Source of the DNA: the human T2T-CHM13v2.0 reference genome, Homo sapiens
Assembly: GCF_009914755.1 (NCBI RefSeq)
Contig: NC_060927.1
DNA: 64,000 bases
Strand: one strand, 5' to 3'
Shown here: positions 22,011-36,640 of the stretch, piece after piece
How the letters are laid out: every line of letters starts with the position of its first letter
Position numbering within the stretch: position 1 is the first letter of the stretch
Program-made: the position numbers and the translations under genes
The notes under the pieces: generated by a model
Told to the model about the DNA's origin: nothing
Seen by the model: only the letters and a program-made list of their open reading frames with translations
Database searches by the model: none

Positions 22011-23027
22011 TTACATTTTGGCATGATTTTGCAGCGGCTGGTACCGGTTGTTCCTTTCCATGTTTAGCGCTTCCTTCAGGAGCTCTTTTAGGGCAGGCCT
22101 AGTGGTGACAAAATCTCTCAGCGTTTGCTTGTCTGTGAAGTATTTTATTTCTCCTTCACTTATGAAGCTTAGTTTGGCTGGATATGAAATTCTGGTTTGA
22201 AAATTCTTTTCTTTAAGAATGTTGAATATCGGCCCCCACTCTCTTCTGGCTTGTAGGGTTTCTGCCGAGAGATCCGCTGTTAGTCTGATGGGCTTCCCTT
22301 TGAGGGTAACCCGACCTTTCTCTCTGGTTGCCCTTAACATTTTTTCCTTCATTTCAACTTTGGTGAATCTGACAATTATGTGTCTTGGAGTTGTTCTTCT
22401 CGAGGAGTATCTTTGTGGCGTTCTCTGTATTTCCTGAATCTGAACGTTGGCCTGCCTTGCTAGATTGGGGAAGTTCTCCTGGATAATATCCTGCAGAGTG
22501 TTTTCCAAGTTGGTTCCATTCTCCCCATCACTTTCAGGTACACCAATCAGACGTAGATTTGGTCTTTTCACATAGTCCCATATTTCTTGGAGGCTTTGCT
22601 CGTTTCTTTTTATTCTTTTTTCTCTAAACTTTCCTTCTCGCTTCATTTCGTTCATTTCATCTTCCATTGCTGATACCCTTTCTTCCAGTTGATCGCATTG
22701 GCTCCTGAGGCTTCTGCATTCTTCACGTAGTTCTCGAGCCTTGGTTTTCAGCTCCATCAGCTCCTTTAAGCACTTCCCTGTATTGGTTATTCTAGTTATA
22801 CATTCTTCTAAATTTTTTTCAAAGTTTTCAACTTCTTTGCCTTTGGTTTGAATGTCCTCCCATAGCTCAGAGTAATTTGACCGTCTGAAGCCTTCTTCTC
22901 TCAGCTCGTCAAAGTCATTCTCCATCCAGCTTTGTTCCGTTGCTGGTGAGGAACTGCGTTCCTTTGGAGGAGGAGAGGCGCTCTGCATTTTAGAGTTTCC
23001 AGTTTTTCTGTTCTGTTTTTTCCCCAT
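22011..23027 (-). CDS. L1 ORF1p RNA-binding protein, intact 338-aa frame
   Basis: MGKKQNRKTGNSK...LQNHAKM; conserved REKG, ARR and YPAKLS motifs present. Confidence 0.93.
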   Translation of the reverse strand: MGKKQNRKTGNSKMQSASPPPKERSSSPATEQSWMENDFDELREEGFRRSNYSELWEDIQTKGKEVENFEKNLEECITRITNTGKCLKELMELKTKARELREECRSLRSQCDQLEERVSAMEDEMNEMKREGKFREKRIKRNEQSLQEIWDYVKRPNLRLIGVPESDGENGTNLENTLQDIIQENFPNLARQANVQIQEIQRTPQRYSSRRTTPRHIIVRFTKVEMKEKMLRATREKGRVTLKGKPIRLTADLSAETLQARREWGPIFNILKEKNFQTRISYPAKLSFISEGEIKYFTDKQTLRDFVTTRPALKELLKEALNMERNNRYQPLQNHAKM

Positions 23028-23929
23028 CTTTGTGGTTTTATCTACTTTTGGTCTTTGATGATGGTGATGTACAGATGGGTTTTCGGTGTGGATGTCCTTT
23101 CTGTTTGTTAGTTTTCCTTCTAACAGACAGGACCCTCAGCTGCAGGTCTGTTGGAATACCCTGCCGTGTGAGGTGTCAGTGTGCCCCTGCTGGGGGGTGC
23201 CTCCCAGTTAGGCTGCTCGGGGGTCAGGGGTCAGGGACCCACTTGAGAAGGCAGTCTGCCGGTTCTCAGATCTCCAGCTGCGTGCTGGGAGAACCACTGC
23301 TCTCTTCAAAGCTGTCAGAGAGGGACACTTAAGTCTGCAGAGGTTACTGCTGTCTTTTTGTCTGTGCCCTGCCCCCAGAGGTGGAGCCTACAGAGACAGG
23401 CAGGCCTCCTTGAGCTATGGTGGGCTCCACCCAGTTGGAGCTTCCTGGCTGCTTTGTTTACCTAAGCAAGCCTGGGCAATGGCGGGCGCCCCTCCCCCAG
23501 CCTCGCTGCCGCCTTGCATTTGATCTCAGACTGCTGTGCTAGCAGTCAGCGAGATTCCGTGGGCGTAGGACCCTCCGAGCCAGGTGTGGGATATAATCTC
23601 GTGGTTCGCCGTTTTTTAAGCCGGTCTGAAAAGCGCAATATTCGGGTGGGAGTGACCCGATTTTCCAGGTGCGTCCGTCACCCCTTTCTTTGACTCAGAA
23701 AGGGAACTCCCTGACCCCTTGCACTTCCCAAGTGAGGCAATGCCTCGCCCTGCTTCGGCTTGCGCACAGTGCACGCACCCACTGGCCTGCGCCCACTGTC
23801 TGGCACTCCCTAGTGAGATAAACCCGGTACCTCGGATGGAAATGCAGAAATCACCCGTCTTCTGCGTCGCTCACGCTGGGAGCTGTAGACCGGAGCTGTT
23901 CCTATTCGGCCATCTTGGCTCCTCCCACC
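23028..23929. promoter_or_regulatory. L1 5' UTR bidirectional promoter (sense on -, antisense promoter on + toward CD86)
   Basis: CpG-rich; YY1 site GGCCATCTTG at 23908-23917 intact; antisense splice donors CAG/GTGTGG (~23583) and CAG/GTGCGT (~23668). Confidence 0.8.
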
Positions 23930-24735
23930 TATTTCTTTTTCTTACCCAATTGTTTGGCTAGGGCATCCAGCACTGTGTTGAATAGAAGTGATGAAGTAGG
24001 CAGACTTACCTTGTTCCTCATCAAGGAAAAGCTTTCTGTTTTTCACCATTAAGTGTGATGCTAGCAGTGGGATTTTCACATATCCCCTTTATTATGTTGA
24101 GGTAAATTCCTTCTTTCCTTCTATTCCTAGTTTGTTGAGGGTTTTATGATGAAAGAGTGTTAAATTTTACCAAGTATTTTTTCTGTGTCTATTGAGATGA
24201 CCATATGATTTTAATGATGTACCATACTAATTTTCATATGTTGAATCATCTTTGCATTCCAGGGATAAATCCCACTTGGTCATAGAGTATAATCCTTTTA
24301 ATGTACTATAGAATTTGGTTTGCTAGTATTTTATTGCAGATTTTTGCATCAGGGATATTGGCCTGTAGTTTTCTTTTCTTGTAGTGTCTTTTTCTGGCTT
24401 TGCTGTCAGGTTAACACTGGCCTTGTAAAATGAGTTTGGAAGTGTTCTATCCTCTTCAAATTTTTGGAAGAGTTTGAGAAGGATTAGTGTTAATTCTTCT
24501 TTAAATGTTTGATAGAATTCACCAGTGAAGTCATCTGGTCTTGAGCTTTTCTTTAATGGGAAGCTTTTGATTGATGATTCAATCTGATTACTAGTTACAG
24601 GTCTGTTCAGATTATCTATTTCTTTATGATTCAGCTTTGGTAGGTTCTGTTTCTAGGAATGTGTCCATTTCTTTTAGGTTATCCAATTTGTTGGAACGTA
24701 AGTGTTCACAGCAGTCTCTTACAATATTTTTTTAA

Positions 24736-24945
<210 letters not shown>

Positions 24946-25654
24946 TAACTTTGGGCTTAGCTTGTTCTTCTTTTTTTAGTTATTTAACATGTAGGGTTAG
25001 ATTTTTTATTTGAGATATTTTTAATATGTTTATTGTTATCAACTTCCCTCTTAGTATTGCATTTGCTGCATTCCATAAAGTTTGGTATGTTATTTTCTTT
25101 GTTTCTAGATATTTTCTAATTTCCCATTTGTTCAAGAGTATGTTGTTGCATTTCCACATATTTGTGAATTTTCCAATTTTCCTTCTAATATTGATTTCTG
25201 GTTTCATTCCATTGTGATTGGAAAAGGTACTTGGTATTATTTCAATCTTAAATGTGATAGGACTTGTTTTGTGATCCAGCATGTGATCTATTAAAAAAAA
25301 ATGTTCTGTGTGTTCTTGGGAAAAATGTGAATTCTTCTGCTATTAGGTAGAATGTTCTGTGTATGTTTATCAGGTCCATTTGGTCTATAGTGTCGATCAA
25401 GCCCCTTGTTAACTAATTGATCTTTTGTCTAGATGTTCTAACCTTTATTGGAACTAGGGTATTAAAATCCTCTATTATTATCATGTTGCTGTCTATTTCT
25501 CCCTTCAGTTCTGCCAATGTTTGCTTCATATACTTAGGTGTTCTGATGTTGGTGCATATAAATTTATCATTGTTATATCTTTCTGGTGAATTGAACCTTT
25601 TATCATTATATGATGTCTTTCTTTGTTTCTTTTGACAATTTTTGATTTAAAGTC

Positions 25655-26038
25655 TGTTATGGTCTGAATGTCCCCAAAAATTCATGGGTTGAAACTTAAT
25701 CCCCATTGTGGTGGTTTTAAGAGGTGGAGCCTCTTGGGACGTGATTAAATAATGAAATATCTGCCTTCATGGATGGATTATAGCCTCATCAAATGCCTAG
25801 ACAGAACTAGCTTAGGCCCTTTTTTCTCTTCTACTCTTCCACCATGTGAGGACACAGCAATTCATCTCTTTTTGTCCTTCTTCCACCATGTGAGGTTACA
25901 GCAAGAAAGCCTTCACAAGACTTGAATGCCAGAACCTTTGACTTCCCAATCTCCATAGCTGTAAGAAATCAATTTCTGTTATTTATAAATTACCCAGTTT
26001 CAGATATTTTACTACAGTTGCACAAACAGACGAAGATA
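25655..26038 (+). mobile_element. MST-family (MSTD-like) solo LTR
   Basis: TGTTATGGTCTGAATGTCCCC start; perfect 5-bp TSD AAGTC. Confidence 0.85.
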
Positions 26039-28521
26039 AAGTCTATTTTATCTTTTGTAGGTATGGCTACTCCTGCCCTCTTTTGGTTATCATTCGCATG
26101 GAATATTTTTCCATCCTTATACTTTCAGCCTATGTGTGTTCTTAAATCTAAAGTGAATCTTGTAGACAGTGCATAGTTGGATCTTATTTTTTTAAAACTC
26201 ATTCAACTGTGCTATGTCATTTGGGCAGCTTAGTCCATTTATATTTAAAGTAATTATTGATAGAAAAGGGGTTACTATCAACATTTTGAAATTTGTTTTT
26301 TGTGTTGTAGCTATTCTGTTGCTCTTTTTATCTCTTGCTATCTTCCTTTGTGTTTCATGGATTTTTTATGGTGACATGATTTTATACCTTTCTTACTTTC
26401 TTTTGTGGAAATTCCATAGGTATTTTCTTTGTGCTCACTGTGGGACTTACATAAAACAGCTTATAGATATAACTATCTTTTTAAAGCCGATAAAACTTAA
26501 ATTCAGCTTCATATAAAAACTTTGCTTTTACTTCCCCCCCCCCACAGTTATGGATGTCACAAATTATATTTTTAATAATGTACAGCCATTAATATATTTT
26601 TATAATTATAATTACTTCTATGCTTTTGTTTTTTTTTAACTTTTATACCAGAATTAAGTGATTCACACAATACTGTTACACTATTACAGTATTCTGTACC
26701 TGTCTATATATCTATCTTTACCAGTTAGCTTTATACTTTCATGTTTTTGTATTGCTGTTTAGTATCTTTCCATTTCAACTTCAAGGACTCTCTTTAGCAT
26801 TTCTTGAAAGGCAACTCTAGTGATGATCTTATTCTGCTTTTGTTTGTTTAGGAAAGTCTTTATTTCTCATTTTTGAAGGCTAGTTTTGCCAGAGAGAGTA
26901 TTCTTGGTTGGCTGGTTCTTTTCTTTCAGCACTTTTAATACCTCATCCCATTCCCTTTTGTCCTTCAAAGTTTCTGCTAAGAAATCCATTGCTAATCTTA
27001 TAGGAGTGTCCTTGTATGTAATGAACTGCTTTTCTCTTGTTGCTTTCAAAATTCTCTTTTTGGCTTTCGACAATTTGATTATAATGTGCTTCAGTGTCTA
27101 TTTGTTTGGGTTCATCTTATTTAGGCCTATTGGGCTTCTTGGATCTGTAGTCCATTTTCTCCCTCAGATTTGAGAAGTTTTCAGCCATTATTTCTTTAAA
27201 TGAGCTCTCCAACCCTTCTCTTTCTTGGACTGCTCTAATAGATATATTGGTACATTTGATGGTGTCCAATAAGTCTCTCAGGCTTTCTTTACTTATTTTC
27301 TTTGTTGCTATTTTTATTGTTCCTTTTTGCTCCTCTGGATAATTTCAAATGACTTGTAATTGAATTGCTGATTATTTCTTCTGCTTGATCAAGTCTGTAG
27401 TTGAACCCCTCTAGTGAATGTTTTAGTTCAGTTAAAATTGCATTCTTTGGCTCCAAAATTTCTATTTGGTTCCTTTTAATATTTTCTATCCTTATTGAAT
27501 TTCTCATTGGTTCATGCATCACTTTCCTGAACTCATTGAGCATCAATATGATGGTTATTTAGAATTTTTTGTCAGATAATTCATATACCTCTGTTTCTTT
27601 AGGATCTGTTTCTGGAGACTTATTTTGTTTCTTTGACTTGACCATTTCCCGTTTCTTCATATTTCTTAGAACTTTGTGTTTGTATCTGCATATTAAAAAA
27701 CAAAACACACAAACAAACAACAACAACAACAACAAACCAGCCACTTCTTCCAGTCTTTACCAGCCGGCTTTGTACTGGGAAAGACCTTCATAATCTTTAG
27801 CCTGGCTAAAGATTCTGGGGACCTCTCAAACATTTTCTGTGGATACGTTTTCTCTGGGCTTGTGCACGTAGATTCCTAAGTAGAGAGATTTTCTGGCTTC
27901 TCTTTTTTAAGAGTTCATTATCTCTTGCTCCATCTGTTGTCTATCTTCTATAGTGTGTGTCCTCCAAAGTAGCAGCACACTGTCCAGCTCTTTTTTTTTT
28001 ATCTTGGCAGCCCCTAGTCTTCTAGAGTATGTTAGACCTTCTCTGCCTTAAGTGGGGCTACATGGAAACCAGTCCCTTTGGCAGCCCTTTGAAAAGCCAG
28101 AATTCTGGACACATGTTCTATTTTTCTCTTGCCCTCCTGAAGAAGAGGGCACTGAGCTGTATTGGCCTCTGCTGTGCCACAGGTCCTCTGAAATAGCATC
28201 ATGCTATTTAGCTCTTTGGTTTCTTTTCATGGGGCCCCAGGCATCTAGAGTATGCCAGTGATTCAAGACAGACAAGAAAGAAACCAATCCTATGGGCATC
28301 TCCCCATTTCCCCAAAAAGCAGGAATATTGGTTGCATGCTTCACTCTTTTCCATGTCCCCTAGGGATAGGCCACTGAACTGTATCAGTCTGTATCTGCTG
28401 TAGCAAGAACCCTCTAGGACAGCAATATATCACCCAGTATTTTTTTGTTCTCAGTGTCCCCCAGGCATCTAGAGTATGGTGGGTCCTATAAACTCTCTAA
28501 GACAGGTAAGACAGAGGCTAG

Positions 28522-28936
<415 letters not shown>

Positions 28937-29539
28937 CTAACCATGTGGCCCTGTGCCGAGAGGACAGACTATGGTGAGGGTATACCGTGAATTTTCCTAC
29001 TGGCTTCAGTGCAGTTGTTTTTTTTGCTCACCTAGTGTGATGTAGCCTCTTAGCCAGCTTCTGGATTTCTCACAAAAGGAATTGGTCTGTGTATAGTTAA
29101 GTTAGTGTCTCTCTGGGAGGGAGCACAGGCTGGGGTTTCTCATTCTGCCATCTTGCTGACGTTCACTGTGGTTTTGATTTGCATTTCCCTAATGACTAGT
29201 GGTTTTGAGCACATTTTCATGTGATATTGGCCATTTCTATATCTTCCTTGAAGAAATGTCTGTTCAACTCTTTTGCCTACTTTTTAATTGTTTGTTGTTT
29301 CTTCTGCAAAGTTGTAGGAGTTTTTTTAATCATATATTCTGGATATCAATCCCTAAACATTTATTGTTTTAAGGAAATAAATTTTGAGATAATTTGTTAT
29401 ACAGCAATGGATAACTAATAAATACTAAAAACTCCTAAATGTATATACTAAATATATTAATTAGAAAATTGTAATATAAAAATACTAAAAGCTAAAACTG
29501 TCTGATATTAGGAAGATAATTTTACTACAATATATACCT

Positions 29540-29670
29540 TTTTTGTGTGTATGAGACAAGGTCTCATTATGTTGCCCAAGATGTTCTCAAACTCCTGGGT
29601 TCAAGCAATCTTCCCACCTCAGCCTCCTGAGTAGCCAGGATTACAGGTATGTGCCATTACAGCCAGCTTT
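29540..29670 (-). mobile_element. Alu monomer (FLAM-like)
   Basis: GGTCTCATTATGTTGCCCAAG...AACTCCTGGGTTCAAGCAATCTTCCCACCTCAGCC. Confidence 0.8.
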
Positions 29671-31129
29671 CACAGTGTATACTTGATGTACTATTAATGT
29701 ACTATTTAATGACTACTAAAAAGTTTATGATAACAGGAGAAAATGCTTATGCTATCTTAAATAAAAATTTGAGTGTATGCATTGATACCAAGAAATGGAA
29801 ATTTGAGTGTGTACACTGCTACCAAGAAACTGAAAAATGACATCCCATACCTTTAATATTTAATATTTATAACAAATGAGGTTTACATGGATTTTTTTAT
29901 CTCATCTTATTTCTGATGTGTTATGTAGTTATAAATACTATTTTATTTGCACTCCTGCTCTGCAATAATTTTGAAGATAGATAACTTATATTATTGCTGT
30001 CTTCATTTTTTAAAATTCTCAAATCCAGATGAAATTATCAAAGTTGATAAAATAATCATTGTTCTATCTTCTTATTTGAAGATTAATAATTGTGTTGATT
30101 TTGCTTCCTTGCTCTAGTTAGCAGTGATGTCATCTGCTATTTTTAAACTTCCTTGAAATAATATATGTAATCTACTTCTAATAAGTTTTTCTTATTTAGC
30201 ATTTTGGTCTAAACTAATTTATAATTATTTAGCCTTATTTCTCCATGTTTAACTTGCTTTAAAGCTCAGCACTGGTGTTTTCAGCCATGGCTTCTCCATT
30301 TTAAGGCTATTTTAATTCATTTATTATTCTGGAATATATCCTTAAATAATTTATTTAGGAAGGCTGTCTTGGTGGTGGTATTTCTGTTGCAGTTGTTGTT
30401 TTCTTGCCTGCTTGGTGACATATTTCTATTGACTTGACACTTAACTGGCATCTTATCTAGGTAGATAATGCTAATTCAAAATTCTGCAGATATTGTTCTG
30501 TTGTTTTTTGCCATTTAGGGTTGAGTAAGATGCCAAGTTGTTTTTTGTTTCTCTGTAGTCATTCTGTTTTCATTTTGTTTTTAGCTTTGCCTTTGGAATT
30601 TAAAATGTTCAAAATGATTTGTCTGGATGAGAATCGATTTTCATAACTTTTGCTTTGATACACTAAACAGTTTGAGTTTCTAGATGATGCCCATTTTAAT
30701 TCATACGAGGAAATATCTTCTAGTATAGTTTCTGCTTGATTAATTCTATGTTTGTCTCTTAGGGACATCTATTAATTTTATAATGCTGCCTTTTTTTCAG
30801 ACTTCTGTTTCAGAATATTCGCTTTCATCAATGTAATCCTTGGCTATAGTAGGAATGAAATAATAAAAGCAGTAGCTTCTGTCTGCCCTCCTTGGTTATG
30901 CAGTCCTTACAGAACATCTCCCCATCTCCCATCCCCCCACCCCAGCTCAGTGAAACTCTCCACACTTTGGTTGTGGAAATTGGCAGGGTTAGGTGGCTAC
31001 TCACTCCCAATCCACATCCACAATAAATCACTTTTTATTATCTTATCAAAATCTGTAGAATGCCTCTTTATTCTATTTTGTTGCTGCGGAGGTTTGTTTT
31101 CTCTTTCTAATTATTTTATTTTCTAGGTT

Positions 31130-31350
31130 TTTTGAGGGAATTTCAAGAGGGGAGATTTTTTATTCAGGCTCATCTTAACGTCATGTCTGGAACTCAAGCT
31201 ACTGAATTATATATTCTTTAATACATATAGACCTACGTCAATGAGTTTAAACTGCAAGGAAAGGGTTAAATTTCTTCCTCAAGTGTGGTCAAAATCTGTA
31301 GAGAAAAGAGGAACAGCTTCTCTTAAAGAAAGTTAGCTGGGTAGGTATAC
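31130..31350 (+). promoter_or_regulatory. CD86: CD86 exon-1 proximal promoter (TATA-less, ETS/PU.1-type)
   Basis: Directly upstream of exon 1; PU.1-like AAAAGAGGAAC 31304-31314; CTTCCTC 31274-31280; RUNX TGTGGT 31284-31289; CRE-like ACGTCA at 31178 and 31235; kB-like GGGAATTTCA 31136-31145. Confidence 0.75.
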
Positions 31351-31492
31351 AGTCATTGCCGAGGAAGGCTTGCACAGGGTGAAAGCTTTGCTTCTCTGCT
31401 GCTGTAACAGGGACTAGCACAGACACACGGATGAGTGGGGTCATTTCCAGATATTAGGTCACAGCAGAAGCAGCCAAAATGGATCCCCAGTG
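31351..31492 (+). other. CD86: CD86 exon 1 (5' UTR plus first 14 coding nt)
   Basis: AGTCATTGCCGAGGAAGGCTTGCACAGGGTGAAAGC...CAGCCAAAATGGATCCCCAGTG matches the remembered CD86 mRNA 5' end; GTGAGT donor at 31493; exact TSS from recall. Confidence 0.95.
31479..31492 (+). CDS. CD86: CD86 (B7-2) N-terminus MDPQ(C), first coding segment; remaining coding exons lie beyond the window
   Basis: ATG GAT CCC CAG TG|gtgagt; strong Kozak context AAAATGG; phase-2 intron. Confidence 0.95.
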
Positions 31493-32004
31493 GTGAGTAA
31501 TAATTCTTATTCTTTGCAGAGAAGTTATGAGTTGTGACTGCAGTGAAAGGCTGAGGTTGAAGATGGTGCTTTGATGTGTGTCCTTCACTTAGTTCCTAAG
31601 TGGAGAAGCTTTCTTTTTCTACAAAAGATCTTTGGCACATAAAGGCAAGAATTATTTGCAATGCCCAAAGCAGTTCATTGGTGGTAGTTATATATATTTT
31701 TAGGTGCCTAATTTTGGTTTTGTAAATCTGTTATTCAAATACTGAATGTTACAGTCATTGATTTTAGTGAAGAATCAGGAATTTTTAAAATATCTGCATA
31801 AGAATGACAAATAACAGGGAATATGTTTTTTGTCTACCAGGGTCAGTTTGGTCTGAGGGTGGAGGAATGAGATAGAGAAGGTAGAGGGAGAGAGATCAAG
31901 AAAAAGAAAGAGAAAAAAGAGGTATAAGGAGAAAATGCAAAACTCAGTTAATATGTCATAATCAGGCCATGGGAGATTCTGGGCAGGGTTGGGTAGTGGA
32001 AGGA

Positions 32005-32200
32005 GGTAGAGTGATTAAATTAGTTACCATGTATTGAACATGCATGATGTGCTGGGTACTTTACTAGTGCTATTTCATTGAATTTTATTCTTCACAATGA
32101 CTTTTGGAAAGACATCATCATTCTTTTTGACAGATGGGGTAACTGTGGCTTAAAAAACTTGCCCAAGTTCACACTATTCATAAGGGGTAGAGCTAAAATC
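32005..32200 (-). mobile_element. MIR SINE
   Basis: TTTTTGACAGATGGGGTAACTGTGGCTT...ACTTGCCCAAGTTCACAC. Confidence 0.75.
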
Positions 32201-32320
32201 TTTCCTGCCCGCTTCGTGGTGCGCCAGAAGGTTTCTCCATGCTGTGGAGACTTCCTGGAAGGAGTCACACCCGCCCTTCTCTTGGGTGGTGGCAGCTGGC
32301 GCCAGTCACTATGTATTTAT

Positions 32321-32622
<302 letters not shown>

Positions 32623-33887
32623 GTCACTATGTATTTATAATTACTGTTCTTTGAAAATCGAAGTAACTTTCATCTACCCAGTGCTTACTGGTTTGAGAAA
32701 AAGCTTTGTTGCTTTTATTTCAGAAGATTAAAATTTAATTTTCCAGTAAAGATTCCTTTTGCTCCAGTGGAATTTTGAAGCGTTATACTTGTATGAAGAA
32801 AAAAAGAATTTCAAAATTTATAATTTTTGTGGTACCATAGAGGGGATACTACTTAATTATGCTAGCACTGTCTGCAGAGGTCTAAAAAACCATAGGCTGC
32901 TGTCTATATTGAACTTGTTAAGATTCCTTTTGTTTCACAGTGCCTGAAGATTGGTCATGAACCAGTAATAGCCATTAAACAATGTCTGTTCTCATAAGAG
33001 ATGAAATAAATACAAATTAAAACAACAGTGAAGTATCATTTTTTCTCTATCAAAGAGATAAATATTAAGTTTTAAAAAGCAAGCAATCAAGAACCCTCTA
33101 TCTTGCTAAGAAGGGAGGATTATTTGTACCCTAGTTGCGCACTAGTGGTGATATCATCTTTCTGGACAATAATCTAGTGATACATATCAAAAGCCTTTAA
33201 AATGTATATGCCCTTTAACCAAGCAATTCACCTTTTAGGAATTTATTCTAAGATATAATAATACATGTTTGTAAAGTTTTAGTGATGGATATTTTTCTTG
33301 CTATTGTTTCTAATAAGGAAAATCTTAGAAACAATTTACGTGTTTAAAAACAAGTGATTGGATGATTATGGAACATCCATAATGGAATACCATGTAATTA
33401 TTTAAAATTCCACTGTAGAACAATTCATAATGTGTTTAGTTAAAGGGGAAAAATGCAGAACGAACAGTGCTATCACTTTTATACATGATACATGTATACA
33501 AACAATATTAATCAGAAATATAGGTAGTTTGTATTTTCTACTGTGTGCTTTTCAATTTGAATCCCATCTGTAGGCAGAAAAATAAAGTTAAATATTTAAG
33601 ATTTAAAAAAAACAATAGCTGGTTTTTTTCAGAGAAGTAACCATCTAGTGATGTGTGATAATTTATAAGTTGTGAGATTCCATAGTTAGGGCTTTAGCCC
33701 TTTGCATTTATCTTTCTTCATCTCTTGAATCCTCTTCAAAATACACCCACTCTACCCATAACTCATTAGATCTTGAAAGGCATGTTCTGATAGAATTTTA
33801 TATTTAGAACAGGCTGGAGCACTCTTCCCTTATTTTACAGAAGTGATTGCATGGCTCTCTAGGGTGAGTTGCATATTGAGAGGGAGG

Positions 33888-34120
33888 ACAGTGCAGTGGC
33901 TAAGTGGCCGCACATTGAAGCCAGGCTGCTGGGGTTTGAATACCAGTTCCCCAACTTCCTAGCTATGTGATTTTGGACAAGTTGCTTAACCATTGTAATT
34001 CCCAGTTTCTTGTCTGTAAAATGGGAGTATGGTAATATGTCGTAAAGTAGTTGTGAGATTTTAATGAGATAATCCATATCCTGCTAAGTACTCAGGAATT
34101 GTTAGTAGTTTTTATTACTA
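33888..34120 (+). mobile_element. MIR SINE
   Basis: GGGTTTGAATACCAG B-box-like motif; CAGTTTCTTGTCTGTAAAATGGG core. Confidence 0.8.
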
Positions 34121-34439
34121 TTACTGTTTGGATTAAGAAACAGAGGAAAAGTGATTTGTCCAAGATTATACAACCACTTAATGGCATTACTAAGAACAGA
34201 ATGGAGGAAGGTTTTTTCCAGCAGAAATGTTCAGTATCCTCTGTGCCTGGCAGGACAACCCCAAGTTGTGCTTTTGGGATGGAGGAGCTGATCTAAAACA
34301 AGCAGTACCCAGGACAAGGCCAGCCTCCAGGGAGTGACTGATGACAGTGGGAAGCCAAATGGTAGAAAGGCAGGTGAAGTTAAGGAAACTGAGAGTCAAC
34401 TTAGGAGCAGGAATGAAGCCTGGAGCAAAGAGCTAGTGC

Positions 34440-35660
<1,221 letters not shown>

Positions 35661-35666
35661 ACTACA

Positions 35667-36072
35667 TGTTAAGCGTTGAATTGTGGCTCCCTTAAAATTC
35701 ATATGTTGAAATCCTAACTCCCAGGGCTTCAGGATTTGATCATATTTGGAGATAGGGTCTTTACAGAGATAATAAAATTTAAATGAGGTCATTAGGGTGG
35801 GTCCTAATCCAAGACAATTGTTGTGCTTATTGTAAGGAAGGGAAACACACAGCGGAAAAGCGGTGTGAAGACACAGGGCGAAGACGGCCATCCACATACA
35901 AGCCAGAGAGAAAGGCTCGCAACAGATTCTTTCCTCACAACCTTCAGAAAGAACCAACCCTGTGGAAACCCTAAGTTTGGACTCCTGGCTTCCAGAAAAA
36001 AAATAAATTTTTTTTGTTTAAGCCACCCCAGTTTGTGGTACTTTGTTACCACAGCCCCAGCAAACTAATACA
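35667..36072 (+). mobile_element. MLT1B-type MaLR solo LTR
   Basis: TGTTAAGCGTTGAATTGTGG...ATTTGGAGATAGGGTCTTTACAGAG...CAAACTAATACA. Confidence 0.88.
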
Positions 36073-36489
36073 CTTGGTGAGAGTGCATACAGCCAGAGAA
36101 AGAAGCTGTGAATAAGTGCATCAGGGAGGAGGGAAAGAAACCAAAACAGGATTACATCACTTAAATTAAGAGTAGAAACATTTCACAAAGCAGAGTGTAG
36201 TCACAGGTCAAATTCTGCAGAAAGGCGAAGTAGGAGAATGACTGAAAATGTCAGTCCAGAGGCCCTCAGTGACCTTGACCTTTGCAGAACACTCCCAGTT
36301 GAGTGGAGGCAGTAGACTTTGGAGAGCTTGGAAAATGGAGGCAGCACAGATGGTCTCCTGCAGAAAGTCTGGTGATAAAATGAGACCTCCTCACTGGAGT
36401 AAACTCACCTCTGCTGTCGGTGGAAATAATCTGGAGTCAGGCCAGCCAGACCCAGAGTTCTTCCTTCCTCCATTTTAAAGGTTAAACAG

Positions 36490-36640
36490 AGCTGAGGTCA
36501 ATGGCTCATGCCTGTAATCCCAGTGACTCAGGAGGCGGAGGTGGGAGGATGGCTTGAGGCGAGGAGTTCCGTTCAAGACCAGTCTGAGCAACATAGCGAG
36601 ACTCCCATTCCTAAAAAAATTTTAATTTAAATTAAAAAAA
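36490..36640 (+). mobile_element. Alu monomer (FLAM-like)
   Basis: TGGCTCATGCCTGTAATCCCAG...GGAGGATGGCTTGAGG...AACATAGCGAGAC plus A-rich tail. Confidence 0.85.

Noticed and set aside
23479-23693. L1 antisense ORF0
   Set aside because: The start MAGAPPPASLPPC is present, but a 1-nt deletion (TGCATTTGA versus consensus TGCAGTTTG) gives a stop after 14 codons
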